Under the pieces are notes generated by a model. That model did not search any database. It saw only the letters and a list, made by a program, of their open reading frames with translations, and was not told the origin of the DNA. 64,000 nt of DNA, taken from positions 1-64,000 of the forward strand of contig DATMBG010000036.1 of the NCBI GenBank assembly GCA_035559535.1, in the 5' to 3' direction. Origin of the DNA: Candidatus Limnocylindrales bacterium (GTDB lineage: Bacteria; Moduliflexota; Moduliflexia; Moduliflexales; JAUQPW01). How positions within the stretch are numbered: position 1 is the stretch's first letter; each line of letters begins with the position of its first letter. A program made the translations under genes and the position numbers. Shown one piece after another: positions 29,717 to 40,523 of the stretch.

Positions 29717-32276
29717 GAATGCGATGAAGGTTTGGCTTCTTCCCCTTCACGGAGCGGATAGGATAGAGAGTAAGGATCATCCAGGACCCCATCCATACCA
29801 TGAAAGCCATCAAGCTCAAAAATAATCCCATCTTGTAGGAGAAAGGCTCATATTTAAATTGGATGGTATGGACCCCCGGCTCCAGAGTAACGGCGCGAAG
29901 AATATAATTAACCCGCAGGATCTCACGCTTTTGTCCATCTACAGACGCTCTCCATCCCGGGTAATAACTATCGGCAAAAACGAGATAACCTCCTTGGGAA
30001 GTCTCGGTTTCTATGGTTGCACGGGTCGGAGAATAGTCAATCACATGGGCTTGAGAGGCAAAGGGTTCCTTCCAGGAGGATTCTGGGGGAGCGTAAGGAT
30101 CTCGCCTTTCATAGTCTGAAGAAGGTAACAGGGAGCTTGAAATTCGGGATTCACGTTTAGCTTCCTGTTTCTGACTCCCCGCCTCCCGCCCTTCTTCTAA
30201 TAAAACAACTTCTTCTTGTGGGTCGAAATCGTCCCGGATGAAAGTATTAAGAGCCTCAACCCCCTTTTTGACCGTTCTACTTCGTGGAACGATATAGGCT
30301 CTGGGAAGATAAGCGGTATTTTCGTAGACTCCCATTTTCAAATCCGGGAAAAAGGCTATCGGTCTAAGTCTTTCATCCTTCAGCGGCGAAAAACCCAATA
30401 AATAACGGACGTTGAGCAAACTTAGCAACTTAAGTTTTGCAGACCACGGTGCAATTTCCAGAGCATGGAGCAAAAGTCCGTAATCCATGGGGCGTAAGGA
30501 AAAAGTTCCGGCTACATCATACAGATGGTTTTGAACGCTATAGTAAGGAAAGAGGGTATTCTTAAACCAGGAATAACGTTTGAGGGGATCTTCCCTTACA
30601 AAATCCGGAATTTCCGGAATATCGTAGGCATATCGATAAAAGCGATGAAGACGAGCGTCTTTATCAAAGAGGTTAATCACGGCAGGGGGTTCGGAATAAA
30701 ATGGTTCGGTTACCGTAGGATGGAGATGGAGATGGGCCGAAAAGAGATCTATGGTTACAATAAAACTTAGAAGGATTCCAGAAACGCGAGGGTTTAGTTT
30801 AGAAGTTACGGTCAGAATGACCACCCCCGTTCCTGCTAAGAGAAAGACCGAGGAGGTGAAAATTTCTTTATGAACATAGGGAGTTGCTTCCTGAAGTTTT
30901 TCAAGGGAAATATATCCTCCGAAAATTCTTTGGAAAAGAGCCCCTCGGCTTAAAAAATCCACTAAAAGAAAAGCCAGCAGGAGCCCACCCAGGCATAAAA
31001 AGAAAAAACCGATCCTCTTCAAAGGGGAGAGGAAACGGCTGCTTTCTTCTTTCTTTATCAAAAGGATCTGGGCCCCAAAACCTCCCAGGGCCGAAGCTGC
31101 AAAGGTGGTCAACACCAGATATTTGACCGGAATTCTCAAACCTCCCATAAAAGGAACATAGCGATATACCAGATAATGAATCGGGGTATAAGGACCTAAC
31201 ATCAAAAGGATAGACAAAATCAAAAGTATTAACAGATAAGAAACAAGCCTATGGCGTAAGCAGGTCAGGGTCAGCATTCCCAACAGGAGAGTAGATACGC
31301 CGAAGTAGATACTTATAAAGTAAGCATAATGATTATCATAAAAAGGTTCGCCCCAAAAGGAAATATCTGTCTTTTTGCCGAAGAAATGGGGGATAAAGAA
31401 TTCTATCAGACCTGCCGGATGGAGGGCATGGCTGCTTGCAGCTTCATAATCCAATCCCTTTACCCTGGCCGATTGTAAAGCCAGTTCCCGGGAGGGAAGG
31501 AATTGAACCATGGCCAGGGAGATTCCTATCCCGAGGATCAACATGAAAATACCCGTATTTCTCGTAAAGACCTTGAGTCGACTCTTTGAACCCCACAAAC
31601 TCATAAACCCCACATATAAGCCCAATGCCAGTAAGGTAAAAAAAACAACCTCGATACCTCCTGTTAAGAACTGTAAACCCAAAAAACCACCGGTCAGAAG
31701 AATAGAGGGGAGCGAACTGAAGGGGGGCCATAATTTTTTTTCTGTCCGGGGTTTGGGGTTTAAGGCCCTGTCGAGAAACAAAAAAATTAACGGGATCCAT
31801 GCAAAGGGAGGGTTAAATTCAAAATCAACGGCATATCCACTCAACATATAAGAGGAGGCGGCCAGCCAGGCAGGAACGGGGGAGCAGTTCCAGTGGCGCA
31901 TAAGGGCATAAAAGAAAACTCCGGCCAGGAAAATATGGAGAATAAGAAAATAAATATAAGTAGATCCGGTTAATCCGGTTAAACAGAGGAGGAGGTTGAG
32001 GGGGTAAAGGGACATGGTACCGGGATTAGCCAGATGGGGTACACCTGAAAGCTGATAGGGATTCCATAACGGAATGTATCCGGCTTTAAGCGTTTCTATA
32101 ACCAGATGCATCCATTGATAGCCGACCCCGTAGATGTCCCGGATATAATAAAGTTCCTGAAAAAAGAAAGTTTTTGAGAAGAAGAGAACGATGATCAGGA
32201 ATAGGGTCAGAATGGCCACCATATCCGGGGAATTCTTTTTAAAGAAGATCACAGGAGATGGTATAGAACCCAACAT
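29706..32276 (-). CDS. YfhO-family (GT-C type) membrane glycosyltransferase
   Basis: PLWNPYQLSGVP..YPLN, many TM segments, LPRAY and GYLVFADSYYPGWRASVDG..PGVHTIQFKYEP. Confidence 0.88.
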   Translation of the reverse strand: MLGSIPSPVIFFKKNSPDMVAILTLFLIIVLFFSKTFFFQELYYIRDIYGVGYQWMHLVIETLKAGYIPLWNPYQLSGVPHLANPGTMSLYPLNLLLCLTGLTGSTYIYFLILHIFLAGVFFYALMRHWNCSPVPAWLAASSYMLSGYAVDFEFNPPFAWIPLIFLFLDRALNPKPRTEKKLWPPFSSLPSILLTGGFLGLQFLTGGIEVVFFTLLALGLYVGFMSLWGSKSRLKVFTRNTGIFMLILGIGISLAMVQFLPSRELALQSARVKGLDYEAASSHALHPAGLIEFFIPHFFGKKTDISFWGEPFYDNHYAYFISIYFGVSTLLLGMLTLTCLRHRLVSYLLILLILSILLMLGPYTPIHYLVYRYVPFMGGLRIPVKYLVLTTFAASALGGFGAQILLIKKEESSRFLSPLKRIGFFFLCLGGLLLAFLLVDFLSRGALFQRIFGGYISLEKLQEATPYVHKEIFTSSVFLLAGTGVVILTVTSKLNPRVSGILLSFIVTIDLFSAHLHLHPTVTEPFYSEPPAVINLFDKDARLHRFYRYAYDIPEIPDFVREDPLKRYSWFKNTLFPYYSVQNHLYDVAGTFSLRPMDYGLLLHALEIAPWSAKLKLLSLLNVRYLLGFSPLKDERLRPIAFFPDLKMGVYENTAYLPRAYIVPRSRTVKKGVEALNTFIRDDFDPQEEVVLLEEGREAGSQKQEAKRESRISSSLLPSSDYERRDPYAPPESSWKEPFASQAHVIDYSPTRATIETETSQGGYLVFADSYYPGWRASVDGQKREILRVNYILRAVTLEPGVHTIQFKYEPFSYKMGLFLSLMAFMVWMGSWMILTLYPIRSVKGKKPNLHRIHDT

Positions 32277-32291
32277 GGTTTAATAAAACGG

Positions 32292-32975
32292 TTACTTGAG
32301 AAGATCTTCAGGAGCTGATTCTTTCTTTGCCCTTAAAACAACCCAGGGAGAGAGAAATCCGGTAAAGAGATAGTATTTTTCCTTTTCCACGACAAAATGA
32401 TCTTTTCGAAGCCGTTGTTTCATTTCAGGAAGGGAACCCGGGTAAAGCGGAAGATGGGCTATTTTTTTCTTTTTGATCCAATGATACAGGCAATTCTTAT
32501 TTTTTAGTTCCAAGATCAGATACTTTCTGGATACCCTGGCCAATTCGGCCAGAGCAGATGGCTGATCTTGGGGTAACAAACAATGCAGGACGTTGTTGGC
32601 GACGACCACATCAAAAAAGCAATTCTCGTAAGGTAGTTCCTGGATCTCACCGACATGGAATTCTATTCCAGATAACGGTCGGGTTATCTGTCTGGCTATG
32701 TGAATCATTTCGGGTACGATATCGATCCCTGTGATCTTTATATGGGGGAAGTATTTTTTTAAGAAAACGGCCAGGTCTCCTCTCCCACAACCCGCATCCA
32801 GGAGGGTCTCTTCACCCGAAAGAATGGGAGTCAGGAGGTTCAGAATCTGCCTTCTAGCCCAGAGTTGAACGGGATGATGCTTTAGCCGATGACCCCGACT
32901 ATCGTAAAAGCCATCTTTTTCTAAAGCGACCTGTTTATGAAAATCGTAAAGATTTTTATAGTAATCTTGAGTCAT
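32292..32975 (-). CDS. class I SAM-dependent methyltransferase
   Basis: LLDAGCGRG, ITGIDI and FDVVVANNVLH. Confidence 0.9.
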   Translation of the reverse strand: MTQDYYKNLYDFHKQVALEKDGFYDSRGHRLKHHPVQLWARRQILNLLTPILSGEETLLDAGCGRGDLAVFLKKYFPHIKITGIDIVPEMIHIARQITRPLSGIEFHVGEIQELPYENCFFDVVVANNVLHCLLPQDQPSALAELARVSRKYLILELKNKNCLYHWIKKKKIAHLPLYPGSLPEMKQRLRKDHFVVEKEKYYLFTGFLSPWVVLRAKKESAPEDLLK

Positions 32976-32978
32976 AGG

Positions 32979-34010
32979 TTAACCTGCCTGTTTAGCCAGC
33001 CAGGGAGAAACGATTTTTATAAGGGGCAGGGGGAGTTTACGCCAGATTGCTTTAGCCAGAGGAAAGGACCGGTGATAATCCAGTTTATTTTTAGCGGTCA
33101 AAGAGTAGAAATGGACCGGTCTTTCCTGGGCCCCAAAATGTTTTTTGTAATGGAGTGCTCCGGCTTCCTGGGGATGGGTCCAACCCAGATCGTAGAATTG
33201 ATAGCCATTTTTTATTGCCCATTTCATCGCTTCACCTTGAAGGGCCTGGAATCCCTTACTTTTAACTGTTCGATCCAAAGCTCCCCACATGTACAAAACA
33301 CTCCCTTTAAAGTTTAAAGCCACGTGGCCGGCCACGCAGGAATCCTCATAGACGGCCAGGGTGATGCGAACCTTCTGTTCGGGACCGAACTTCTCCCAAA
33401 GCTCCTTAAACAACTCGAAGGAGTGGGGGGGAATACCGATGCGTCGGGTACTTTTTACGAACAACGCATAAAAACTTTTCAATTGATCTAAATTTTCAAC
33501 GAGATCGATCCTGTTGTTACGTAGACCGGACCGGATGTTCCTCCGGGTCGTTTCAGCAAATTGTCTTAGGGTTTCCTCAAAATTCTCCTTTAGCAGAACC
33601 TTAAAAGAAAGGTAAGATTGATTCAACTGTAAGGGTTGTGGATAGGAATGGTAAGATTTAATACGAACGTCCTGGCATCCTAATTTTTTCGCCAGTTTAA
33701 TACTATAATCTATTAAATTTTGTTCGATTTCCGGGGAATCACCCAGGGGTCCGCCTAAAAAGTGAAAGGGGAGAGAGGCCAGATTTTTACCCCGGATCCG
33801 GCTTTTTATTTGAAACAGCGGTAACAGGCCTTTGATTTGATCCGCCTGTACGGCGGTCAAATAAAAAGGTTCGTAGCCGTAGACTTTTTTCAAAATCTCT
33901 TGCCACTCAATTAAGTGAAAGAAGGTGGCCCGGGGATTTTGGTCCACGTATTTCTGCCACGTTTCCTTTTCTTCCCTGGTTGAGGAAATAATCTGAATAG
34001 AAACCATCAT
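32979..34010 (-). CDS. FemAB/GNAT-family acyl(amino-acyl)transferase
   Basis: ATFFHLIEW, GLLPL, RRNIR and YDLG..GALHYKKHFGA. Confidence 0.85.
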   Translation of the reverse strand: MMVSIQIISSTREEKETWQKYVDQNPRATFFHLIEWQEILKKVYGYEPFYLTAVQADQIKGLLPLFQIKSRIRGKNLASLPFHFLGGPLGDSPEIEQNLIDYSIKLAKKLGCQDVRIKSYHSYPQPLQLNQSYLSFKVLLKENFEETLRQFAETTRRNIRSGLRNNRIDLVENLDQLKSFYALFVKSTRRIGIPPHSFELFKELWEKFGPEQKVRITLAVYEDSCVAGHVALNFKGSVLYMWGALDRTVKSKGFQALQGEAMKWAIKNGYQFYDLGWTHPQEAGALHYKKHFGAQERPVHFYSLTAKNKLDYHRSFPLAKAIWRKLPLPLIKIVSPWLAKQAG

Positions 34011-34013
34011 TCC

Positions 34014-35444
34014 TTAATGGGCGGACATACCGATTACCTTGAGTCCTGCCTTAATTTTTCGTTTAAACTCTCCCAGAGATCGGATCCGCAGGATGTTTTT
34101 AATAATATAGCCGGGCCTCATATAAAAATCTTTATAAAACTCGACCAGCATCTCTTGAAGCTCCTGGGCCGTGAAAATTTCTTCCCAGAAGGGGGGCTGA
34201 AAATCCGGGGTTGGGTTCCGGGCGTATTCTTTCCAAACATCTTTTTTAAGAATTCCGGTCTTTAATCCCTCCAGGTAAATTTCGGTAGCCGGATAGGGAC
34301 AAAGGATGGTTATATGGACGTAGTTAGGATTAATTTCCCGTGCCAGACGCATAGAGTCCTGGATGTCCTTCCGGGTCTCGGTTTGTTGGCCGATGATAAA
34401 ATAAGCCAGAGTTTCCATGCCGGCCTCCCGGGTCCATTTAAAAGCCTCTTTGATACGGGCCACCGTACTGTTCTTCTTGATGAGTTTGAGCATGCGGTCA
34501 TTTCCGGCTTCTACACCATAATGGATTCGCTCACAGCCGGCTTTTTTCATGGCCTTGAGTAAATCCGGGGTCACGGTATTGACATGGGCCCGCACATCCC
34601 AGCCGACCTTAAGCTTCCGTCTCAGGATCTCCTCACACATGGCCATAACCCGATCTTTTCGCACAGAAAAGGTATCATCGTAAATAAGAAACTCATAAAT
34701 CCCCATATGGGTGCAGGTTTCCATTTCGTCCACAATATTTTTGGCCGAACGATAGCGAAACTCCCGACCGATGACAGGGGAGAAGGGTCTATCGCAAAAG
34801 GTACAGCGGTAAGGGCATCCCCGGCTGGTGAACAGGGTGGTCACGATATCTCGTTTGGCCAGAAGGGAACTGTAACGGGTAATATCGGTCAAATGACGGG
34901 CCGGAAAGGGAAGGTTATCCAGATCGTAAATCGAATCGCTGATGCCGGTATTGATGATATTTCCATTTTCCTTAAAAACGAATCCCCTCATTTCCTTCAA
35001 TCGATCCGGTCTATGGAGGTGATCGAGCAGATAGTGAAAACTCCGTTCCCCTTCACCTAAAACGAGAAAATCAACGCCGGGAAGGTTGATGGTCTCTTCG
35101 GGGTAAATGTGAACGTGGGGACCCCCCAGAACAACTTTTGTTTCTGGACTAACCTTTTTGACCAGTTGAACAGTTTTAATGACATCGATTAAGGTAAAGG
35201 TCATGGCCTCAATGCCGACCACGTCGGCCTGCTTTTGGGCCAGGGATTGCTCCAACTGCTCATAGGTCAACTCTTCAGCCTGGGCATCCAAAACGGCTAC
35301 CTCATGGTTCGAAAACTTTTCAAGATAACCGGCCAGATAGAGTAAGCCCAGGGGTGGATTATGTCCGCGTTCTTCTTCGATAATCTCGGGATTATTGCCG
35401 ATTAATTCATTATATCGTGGTGGATTGATCAATAAAACTTTCAT
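34014..35444 (-). CDS. cobalamin-dependent (class B) radical SAM protein
   Basis: PPLGLLYLA, VLGGPH, GEGE, SRGCPYRCTFC and YGVEAG. Confidence 0.92.
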   Translation of the reverse strand: MKVLLINPPRYNELIGNNPEIIEEERGHNPPLGLLYLAGYLEKFSNHEVAVLDAQAEELTYEQLEQSLAQKQADVVGIEAMTFTLIDVIKTVQLVKKVSPETKVVLGGPHVHIYPEETINLPGVDFLVLGEGERSFHYLLDHLHRPDRLKEMRGFVFKENGNIINTGISDSIYDLDNLPFPARHLTDITRYSSLLAKRDIVTTLFTSRGCPYRCTFCDRPFSPVIGREFRYRSAKNIVDEMETCTHMGIYEFLIYDDTFSVRKDRVMAMCEEILRRKLKVGWDVRAHVNTVTPDLLKAMKKAGCERIHYGVEAGNDRMLKLIKKNSTVARIKEAFKWTREAGMETLAYFIIGQQTETRKDIQDSMRLAREINPNYVHITILCPYPATEIYLEGLKTGILKKDVWKEYARNPTPDFQPPFWEEIFTAQELQEMLVEFYKDFYMRPGYIIKNILRIRSLGEFKRKIKAGLKVIGMSAH

Positions 35445-35453
35445 AAGGTCTTT

Positions 35454-36560
35454 TTAATTTCCGGGTTGAAAAACCTCGGGCTTCAGTTCTTCAACCCGCA
35501 GATCTTGGACCGGTAAGGGTTCTGCTCTAACCCCAGGCTTTGTTCCCATGAACAAATAAACCCCCAATCCCGGTAAACTGACGGCCAGCCAGATTATAAA
35601 AATGAAGGACGCCAGGGCGAGACTTTCGGTTGCGGTAAAACCCATGCCCGAAAAAAGATAAACATAGGCACTCTCCCGTAAGCCAATCCCCCCGATGGAG
35701 ATAGGAATCGAACCTGCCAGAGCAATCAAAGGAATGAAAAGTAAAAGATATTTAAATTCTATGGATTTTCCCATGGCCTGAATCAGCATTTGATGGGCTT
35801 CGGCCGACAGGAATAGAAAGGCCAGGGATAAAGGTAAAGTCAGGCAAAGGGCTTTCTTATGTTTAAAAATGAGCTGCAAGGAGTGATTCATGGTTACAAG
35901 GGTATCCTGAAAAGGACGAAAGGGAGAAGGTAAAAGGTATATCCCGTATGCCGGATAACCCCGACCCAGTAATATATTTATCAAGATGACCATCAGCGAC
36001 AGACCGACCAGCCAGGGATACAGTAGCAGATCCTGAAGGGTTATTTGACTGACCCATGCCGTAAAGGTAGCCGTGAAGAGAACCGTAAGAAAGGCCATGT
36101 ATCTGTCTGTAAAAACTGACAGAAAGGAGATTCCTGTTTTGCAGGTATCCCTGGAAAGATAGAAAGCTCTTATCAGATCCCCTCCCACCGACGTGGGGAG
36201 GAGGAAGCTAAAAAATAGACCCAGAAAATGTAAAGCCGTCAATCTCAAACGACTTACCCGGAGATTCAGGATGTGTAAAAGGACCTCCCATCGAAGAACA
36301 AAGAAGATTTGGCCTGTCAGGTAAAGGAGAAAGGCCAGGAAAAGCTTTTGAAAAGGCACTTTAGCAATTAAGGCAAAGAAATCGGAAAGGGGTACTCTGG
36401 AAAACAGAAACCCGAGGAGGGAAATACAAACTACCGGCCTCACCCCTCTTTTCAAGAGGAGAAAAATTCGCTCTTTGGAGAGGACGGCATAGCTTTTCCC
36501 CTTTTCTACCTGCAGAAAGGCTTTCGGCTTGATCTGATTGCTATGATGGAAAAAATGCAT
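35454..36560 (-). CDS. lysylphosphatidylglycerol-synthase TM-domain / putative flippase
   Basis: LRW, FLLPTSVGGDLIR, DRY and IPISIGGIGLRE. Confidence 0.85.
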   Translation of the reverse strand: MHFFHHSNQIKPKAFLQVEKGKSYAVLSKERIFLLLKRGVRPVVCISLLGFLFSRVPLSDFFALIAKVPFQKLFLAFLLYLTGQIFFVLRWEVLLHILNLRVSRLRLTALHFLGLFFSFLLPTSVGGDLIRAFYLSRDTCKTGISFLSVFTDRYMAFLTVLFTATFTAWVSQITLQDLLLYPWLVGLSLMVILINILLGRGYPAYGIYLLPSPFRPFQDTLVTMNHSLQLIFKHKKALCLTLPLSLAFLFLSAEAHQMLIQAMGKSIEFKYLLLFIPLIALAGSIPISIGGIGLRESAYVYLFSGMGFTATESLALASFIFIIWLAVSLPGLGVYLFMGTKPGVRAEPLPVQDLRVEELKPEVFQPGN

Positions 36561-36591
36561 GTTGGGATACTCTCCTTATCCGGGGATGAAT

Positions 36592-37503
36592 CTAAACCAA
36601 ATCCTCTCCCAGGTTTTTAAAATAGACATTGGCTTCCAGGATAGGGCCTTTCTCCGGTTGAACCTCTTCGATGAGGAGTCCACGATCCCTGGCCAAAACG
36701 ACCACCCCTTTTTCTCTTCGTAAGCAGACCCTTCCCGGGACACCTCGAATGGTTTCAGACATCCACGAAGCTTTCCAGATAAAGAGCTTTTCTCCCCGGT
36801 GATAGGTAAAAGCTCCGGGATAAGGTTTTACCAGGCCCCGTATAAGATTGTATACCTCCCAGGCAGTCATGTCTCTCCAGTAAATCTGTCCATCCCGTGG
36901 ATACCTTCGGGTGTAATAACAACCTTCTTCTCGATTTTGTTTCATTCTCGGAACGGTTCCAGATTTGAACTTTGCCAGGACGTCCAGGAGAAGAGGCGGA
37001 AACAATTCAAGGGTTTTATCCAGAACCGTCTTGGCGGTATCCTCTAACGTAATATCAAATCGAACCTGGGCAATAATATCACCCGTATCGATCCCTTCAT
37101 CTACAAACAGGATAGCAATCCCGCCGGTCGTTTCGCCCCGAATAATCTGCCAGTTTATAGGCGCGACTCCCCGGTATTCGGGGAGTTTACCTCCATGCAG
37201 ATTAATACAACCCAACCGGGGAATATCGATCAGATCCTTTTTGAGGATCTGATTATAACCTGCCAGAATTATAAGATCTGGAGCCAGGTTCCTGACCTCT
37301 CGGACAAAATCCGGTTCATTGACCTGAATCGGTTGATAGACAGGGTAACCATAATGCTTTGCAGTTTCCAGAACCGATTCCGCCGGGTCTTCCTCCTTCA
37401 AATTCGGATGCACCACGACCCCGATAATTTCCTCTCCATGTTCTGCCAGGGCCTTCAAGCAGACAACCCCGCGGATATTGTTACCCAGGTATAAAATGCG
37501 CAT
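36592..37503 (-). CDS. sugar N-formyltransferase (Fmt/ArnA N-terminal-like)
   Basis: INLHGGKLPEYRG.APINW, DEGIDTGDI and PYPGAF, lying within a sugar cluster. Confidence 0.85.
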   Translation of the reverse strand: MRILYLGNNIRGVVCLKALAEHGEEIIGVVVHPNLKEEDPAESVLETAKHYGYPVYQPIQVNEPDFVREVRNLAPDLIILAGYNQILKKDLIDIPRLGCINLHGGKLPEYRGVAPINWQIIRGETTGGIAILFVDEGIDTGDIIAQVRFDITLEDTAKTVLDKTLELFPPLLLDVLAKFKSGTVPRMKQNREEGCYYTRRYPRDGQIYWRDMTAWEVYNLIRGLVKPYPGAFTYHRGEKLFIWKASWMSETIRGVPGRVCLRREKGVVVLARDRGLLIEEVQPEKGPILEANVYFKNLGEDLV

Positions 37504-37512
37504 GGTTTAGTA

Positions 37513-38409
37513 CTATTTTTTATGGCTAATGGCATCGGCTAAGAGTCCAAACAAGATAATCTGAACCCCGAAGAGGAAAATGGTAATAATCGATGCATCA
37601 TGGATTCTGTACTCTGGATCCTGCCAGTAAAAATAAGAATCTAATGCAAAGAACAGAAAAGCCCCTAGAATCAAGAAGAATCCGACAGGTACAAAGACCT
37701 TTAATGGATTTACCAGAACGAGCAAGCGGATAATGGCCGGTAAAACCTTGAAAGGATATTTGTAAGTCACAAAGGATTTACCGGTGGTCCGTGGATGAAA
37801 GACAACGGGAACTTCCGTATACCGCATATGCTTGCTATAGGCATCGATGAGAATCTGTTGGGGAGCATTATAGTCACTGACGATATTAAAATCTGCCAGA
37901 TATTTTCGAGAGAAGACCATTAATCCCGTTTGAGCATCGGTAATCTTCCAGTTGGTCAGCTTCCGCATCAACCAGGTAAAGACCAGATTTCCCCACTTCC
38001 GATGGAGTGGCATCCGATAGGTTATTTTCCCGGCAAAGCGTGATCCAAAGACAATATCGGCTTTGTTATCTAAAATCGGCTGAATGACCTTTTCGATATC
38101 TGCCGGATCGTGCTGGAAGTCGGCATCCATTTTTAAAGCAATATCGGCCCCCAACTCATACGCCGTTTTCATCCCGGTCCGGGTAGCAGCTCCCAACCCC
38201 AGGTTGTAGGGATGGGAGACGATGAGCTGAACTCCGGCCTCACGGGCCCGATCCACCGTTTTATCGGTTGAACCATCGTCTACAACCAGAATATCGATCT
38301 GAAAACCCTTCCACTCGCTCCCCTGGTAACAGGTTTTAATTCTCTGGATAACCTCGGCGATTTTATCCTCTTCGTTATAGGCTGGAATAAAGACGATGAC
38401 CCGCTTCAT
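37513..38409 (-). CDS. GT2 polyprenol-phosphate glycosyltransferase (ArnC/DPM-like)
   Basis: IPAYNEE, VVDDGSTD, MDADFQH, GSRF and two C-terminal TMs. Alternative TTG start at 38433. Confidence 0.9.
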   Translation of the reverse strand: MKRVIVFIPAYNEEDKIAEVIQRIKTCYQGSEWKGFQIDILVVDDGSTDKTVDRAREAGVQLIVSHPYNLGLGAATRTGMKTAYELGADIALKMDADFQHDPADIEKVIQPILDNKADIVFGSRFAGKITYRMPLHRKWGNLVFTWLMRKLTNWKITDAQTGLMVFSRKYLADFNIVSDYNAPQQILIDAYSKHMRYTEVPVVFHPRTTGKSFVTYKYPFKVLPAIIRLLVLVNPLKVFVPVGFFLILGAFLFFALDSYFYWQDPEYRIHDASIITIFLFGVQIILFGLLADAISHKK

Positions 38410-38429
38410 TTTTGTAATCCCTCTTCTGG

Positions 38430-39338
38430 TCAAGAATGTTGACAGCTCACTGTCCCGATTCCCCCCTCGATTTTTCTAAGGACGATGGGACTCTCGGGAA
38501 TCTGATCCTTCTTTTTAAGCACCTCCTCCGCAACCTCCCCCAGTCGCATAAATCGATATCCTTTTTCTAAACTCTTCTCTATAAACTCTTTTACCATCTG
38601 GGGTTCGCTGAGACCTTCAAACCAATCGTGGATGGTCCAGACATTGAGACCCGGTTTCAGCCTTTCCATAATAACGGAGATGACCGTGGATTTATCGGCT
38701 TTCCCAGACTGAAGGCACTCATGGGTCGCGGGCAAGGTGGTGGGGATTTGCAGTATAGGAAAAGTCTGATTCTTAACAACCGGCCAGAAAGGAGATACTC
38801 CCCGGGTATCCGATGCGTATTTGAGTGGAAATTCGGTTTCAACTCTCAGAAGATTTTCATTACAACGCCAGTTAGGGGCTGCGGAACTTAGCGGCGGAAC
38901 TTTGAAAATATTTTGATAAAGGTTAAAGGCCCTGGTAAATTCTGCCCGGGTCTCTTCTAAACTCAAATCCTGATAATGGTCCGCCCATTTAGCATGGTTA
39001 TATCCATGGATACCCACCTCGTGTCCCTGGGAGACCAGGTCTAGAAGAAGGGGTTTATTGACCTCTCCAATAGGGGGGGATTTTAAGAGGGTTCCGTAAA
39101 AAAAAGCTTTGATCCCATAACGTCGGATTAACTTGAAGGGATTTACCTTTAAAATCCGTTTTAAATAGCCCTTCTGTGAGAAGCGCTTGATATGAGTGCC
39201 CATAGTATCCGGACCCATCACCACAAAAATACTGGCCTGTATTCCATAGTCCGAAAAGATTCGAACCAACTCAGGAAGACCCTTTCCAAGTCCAACCAAG
39301 GTATCTACATCGACCCGGATCGAGATCACAGTTTCCAT
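38430..39338 (-). CDS. polysaccharide deacetylase / ArnD-like deformylase
   Basis: IRVDVDT, MGPDTMG, YGTLL, HEVGIHGYNH..W, YASDTRG, QIPTTLP and VWTIH. The ORF track start of 39383 runs into a repeat. Confidence 0.82.
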   Translation of the reverse strand: METVISIRVDVDTLVGLGKGLPELVRIFSDYGIQASIFVVMGPDTMGTHIKRFSQKGYLKRILKVNPFKLIRRYGIKAFFYGTLLKSPPIGEVNKPLLLDLVSQGHEVGIHGYNHAKWADHYQDLSLEETRAEFTRAFNLYQNIFKVPPLSSAAPNWRCNENLLRVETEFPLKYASDTRGVSPFWPVVKNQTFPILQIPTTLPATHECLQSGKADKSTVISVIMERLKPGLNVWTIHDWFEGLSEPQMVKEFIEKSLEKGYRFMRLGEVAEEVLKKKDQIPESPIVLRKIEGGIGTVSCQHS

Positions 39339-39370
39339 CGTCTGGGGTTTGTTGTCCGTTGCAACAAACC

Positions 39371-40519
39371 TCAGTAGGGACACAGCGCCGCCGTGTCCCT
39401 ACTGAGGTCCCGAATCGTCTCTTCGATAGCGATTATCATCCTGTCTAATTGTTCTTGGGTCAATTGGGGATAGAGGGGAAGGGTAACGATGGAAGCGGCT
39501 ACTTTCTCTGTAACCGGTAGATCTTTAGAACCATAGCCGGAGTTTGCATAAAAGGGTTGTCGGTGAACGGGGGGATCAAAATGAACAGAAGCGCCGATTC
39601 CCTTCTCCCTCAATTTTAGAACGAATCGGGTACGATCCAGATGTTTAACCTTAACGGTATACATTTGATAAACATGGACACAGTCTTTAGCTTCGACGGG
39701 TAAATCTAAAAATTCCCGATTCAAATGTTTATTCAAATACTCGGCGTGTTTACGTCTTGCCGCATTCATGGAATCCAGCTTTTTCAACTGTTCCACACCC
39801 AGGGCAGCCAGGATATTGCTCATTCTGAAGTTATACCCGGCCAGAGTCGCCGCCCGCAGCCAGGGTTTTTCCTTTTTTTCCCGCTGCAAAGTCGTTTCCT
39901 CGATCCCATGTCCGGCCATAGCCCTCACTTTTGCAGCCAATTGGGGGTCATCGGTGGTCAACATACCTCCTTCTCCGGTGGTTATATTTTTAGTGGGAAA
40001 AAAGGAAAAACATCCAATCCCAAAGGAACCTGTTTTTCTGCCTTTAAAAGTCCCTCCCAGGGTTTCGGCAGAATCTTCAATGACGGCCAGGCGATAATGA
40101 CTTGCAAGGGCCAGGATCTCATCCATCTGACAACTCTGTCCGGCGTAGTGGACCGGGATAATAGCCTGGGTTCGGGAGGTTATGGATGCTTCAATTTTTA
40201 AAGGATCCATATTACAGGTATGATAATCAATATCCACAAATACAGGAGTGGCACCGGCCGTAACGACGGCATTGGCCGTTGCTACGAAAGTAAAGCTGGG
40301 CAGGATGACCTCACCCTGAATGTTTAACGCCTTCAAAGCCAGAAACAAAGCCGATGTACAGGAATTTAAAGAAACAGCTTCTCGAACCCCCAGATAGTTT
40401 GCAAAGTTTCGCTCAAACTCCAGATTTTTTTCTCCATGGGCCAGCCAACCGGAGCACAAGACATCCTTTATACTTTCCAGCTCTTTTTCATCCAAATTTG
40501 GGAGGGAAAGGGGAATCAT
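39371..40519 (-). CDS. DegT/DnrJ/EryC1/StrS (ArnB-like) PLP aminotransferase
   Basis: SCTSAL, TFVATANA, VHYAG, IEDSA, FSFFPTKNITTGEGG and GYNFRM. Confidence 0.93.
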   Translation of the reverse strand: MIPLSLPNLDEKELESIKDVLCSGWLAHGEKNLEFERNFANYLGVREAVSLNSCTSALFLALKALNIQGEVILPSFTFVATANAVVTAGATPVFVDIDYHTCNMDPLKIEASITSRTQAIIPVHYAGQSCQMDEILALASHYRLAVIEDSAETLGGTFKGRKTGSFGIGCFSFFPTKNITTGEGGMLTTDDPQLAAKVRAMAGHGIEETTLQREKKEKPWLRAATLAGYNFRMSNILAALGVEQLKKLDSMNAARRKHAEYLNKHLNREFLDLPVEAKDCVHVYQMYTVKVKHLDRTRFVLKLREKGIGASVHFDPPVHRQPFYANSGYGSKDLPVTEKVAASIVTLPLYPQLTQEQLDRMIIAIEETIRDLSRDTAALCPY

Positions 40520-40523
40520 CTTT

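Noticed and set aside
36592..37503. Calling this gene fmt (Met-tRNA formyltransferase)
   Set aside because: It lacks the FMGTP start typical of Fmt and sits among sugar-pathway genes, so a sugar formyltransferase is more likely.
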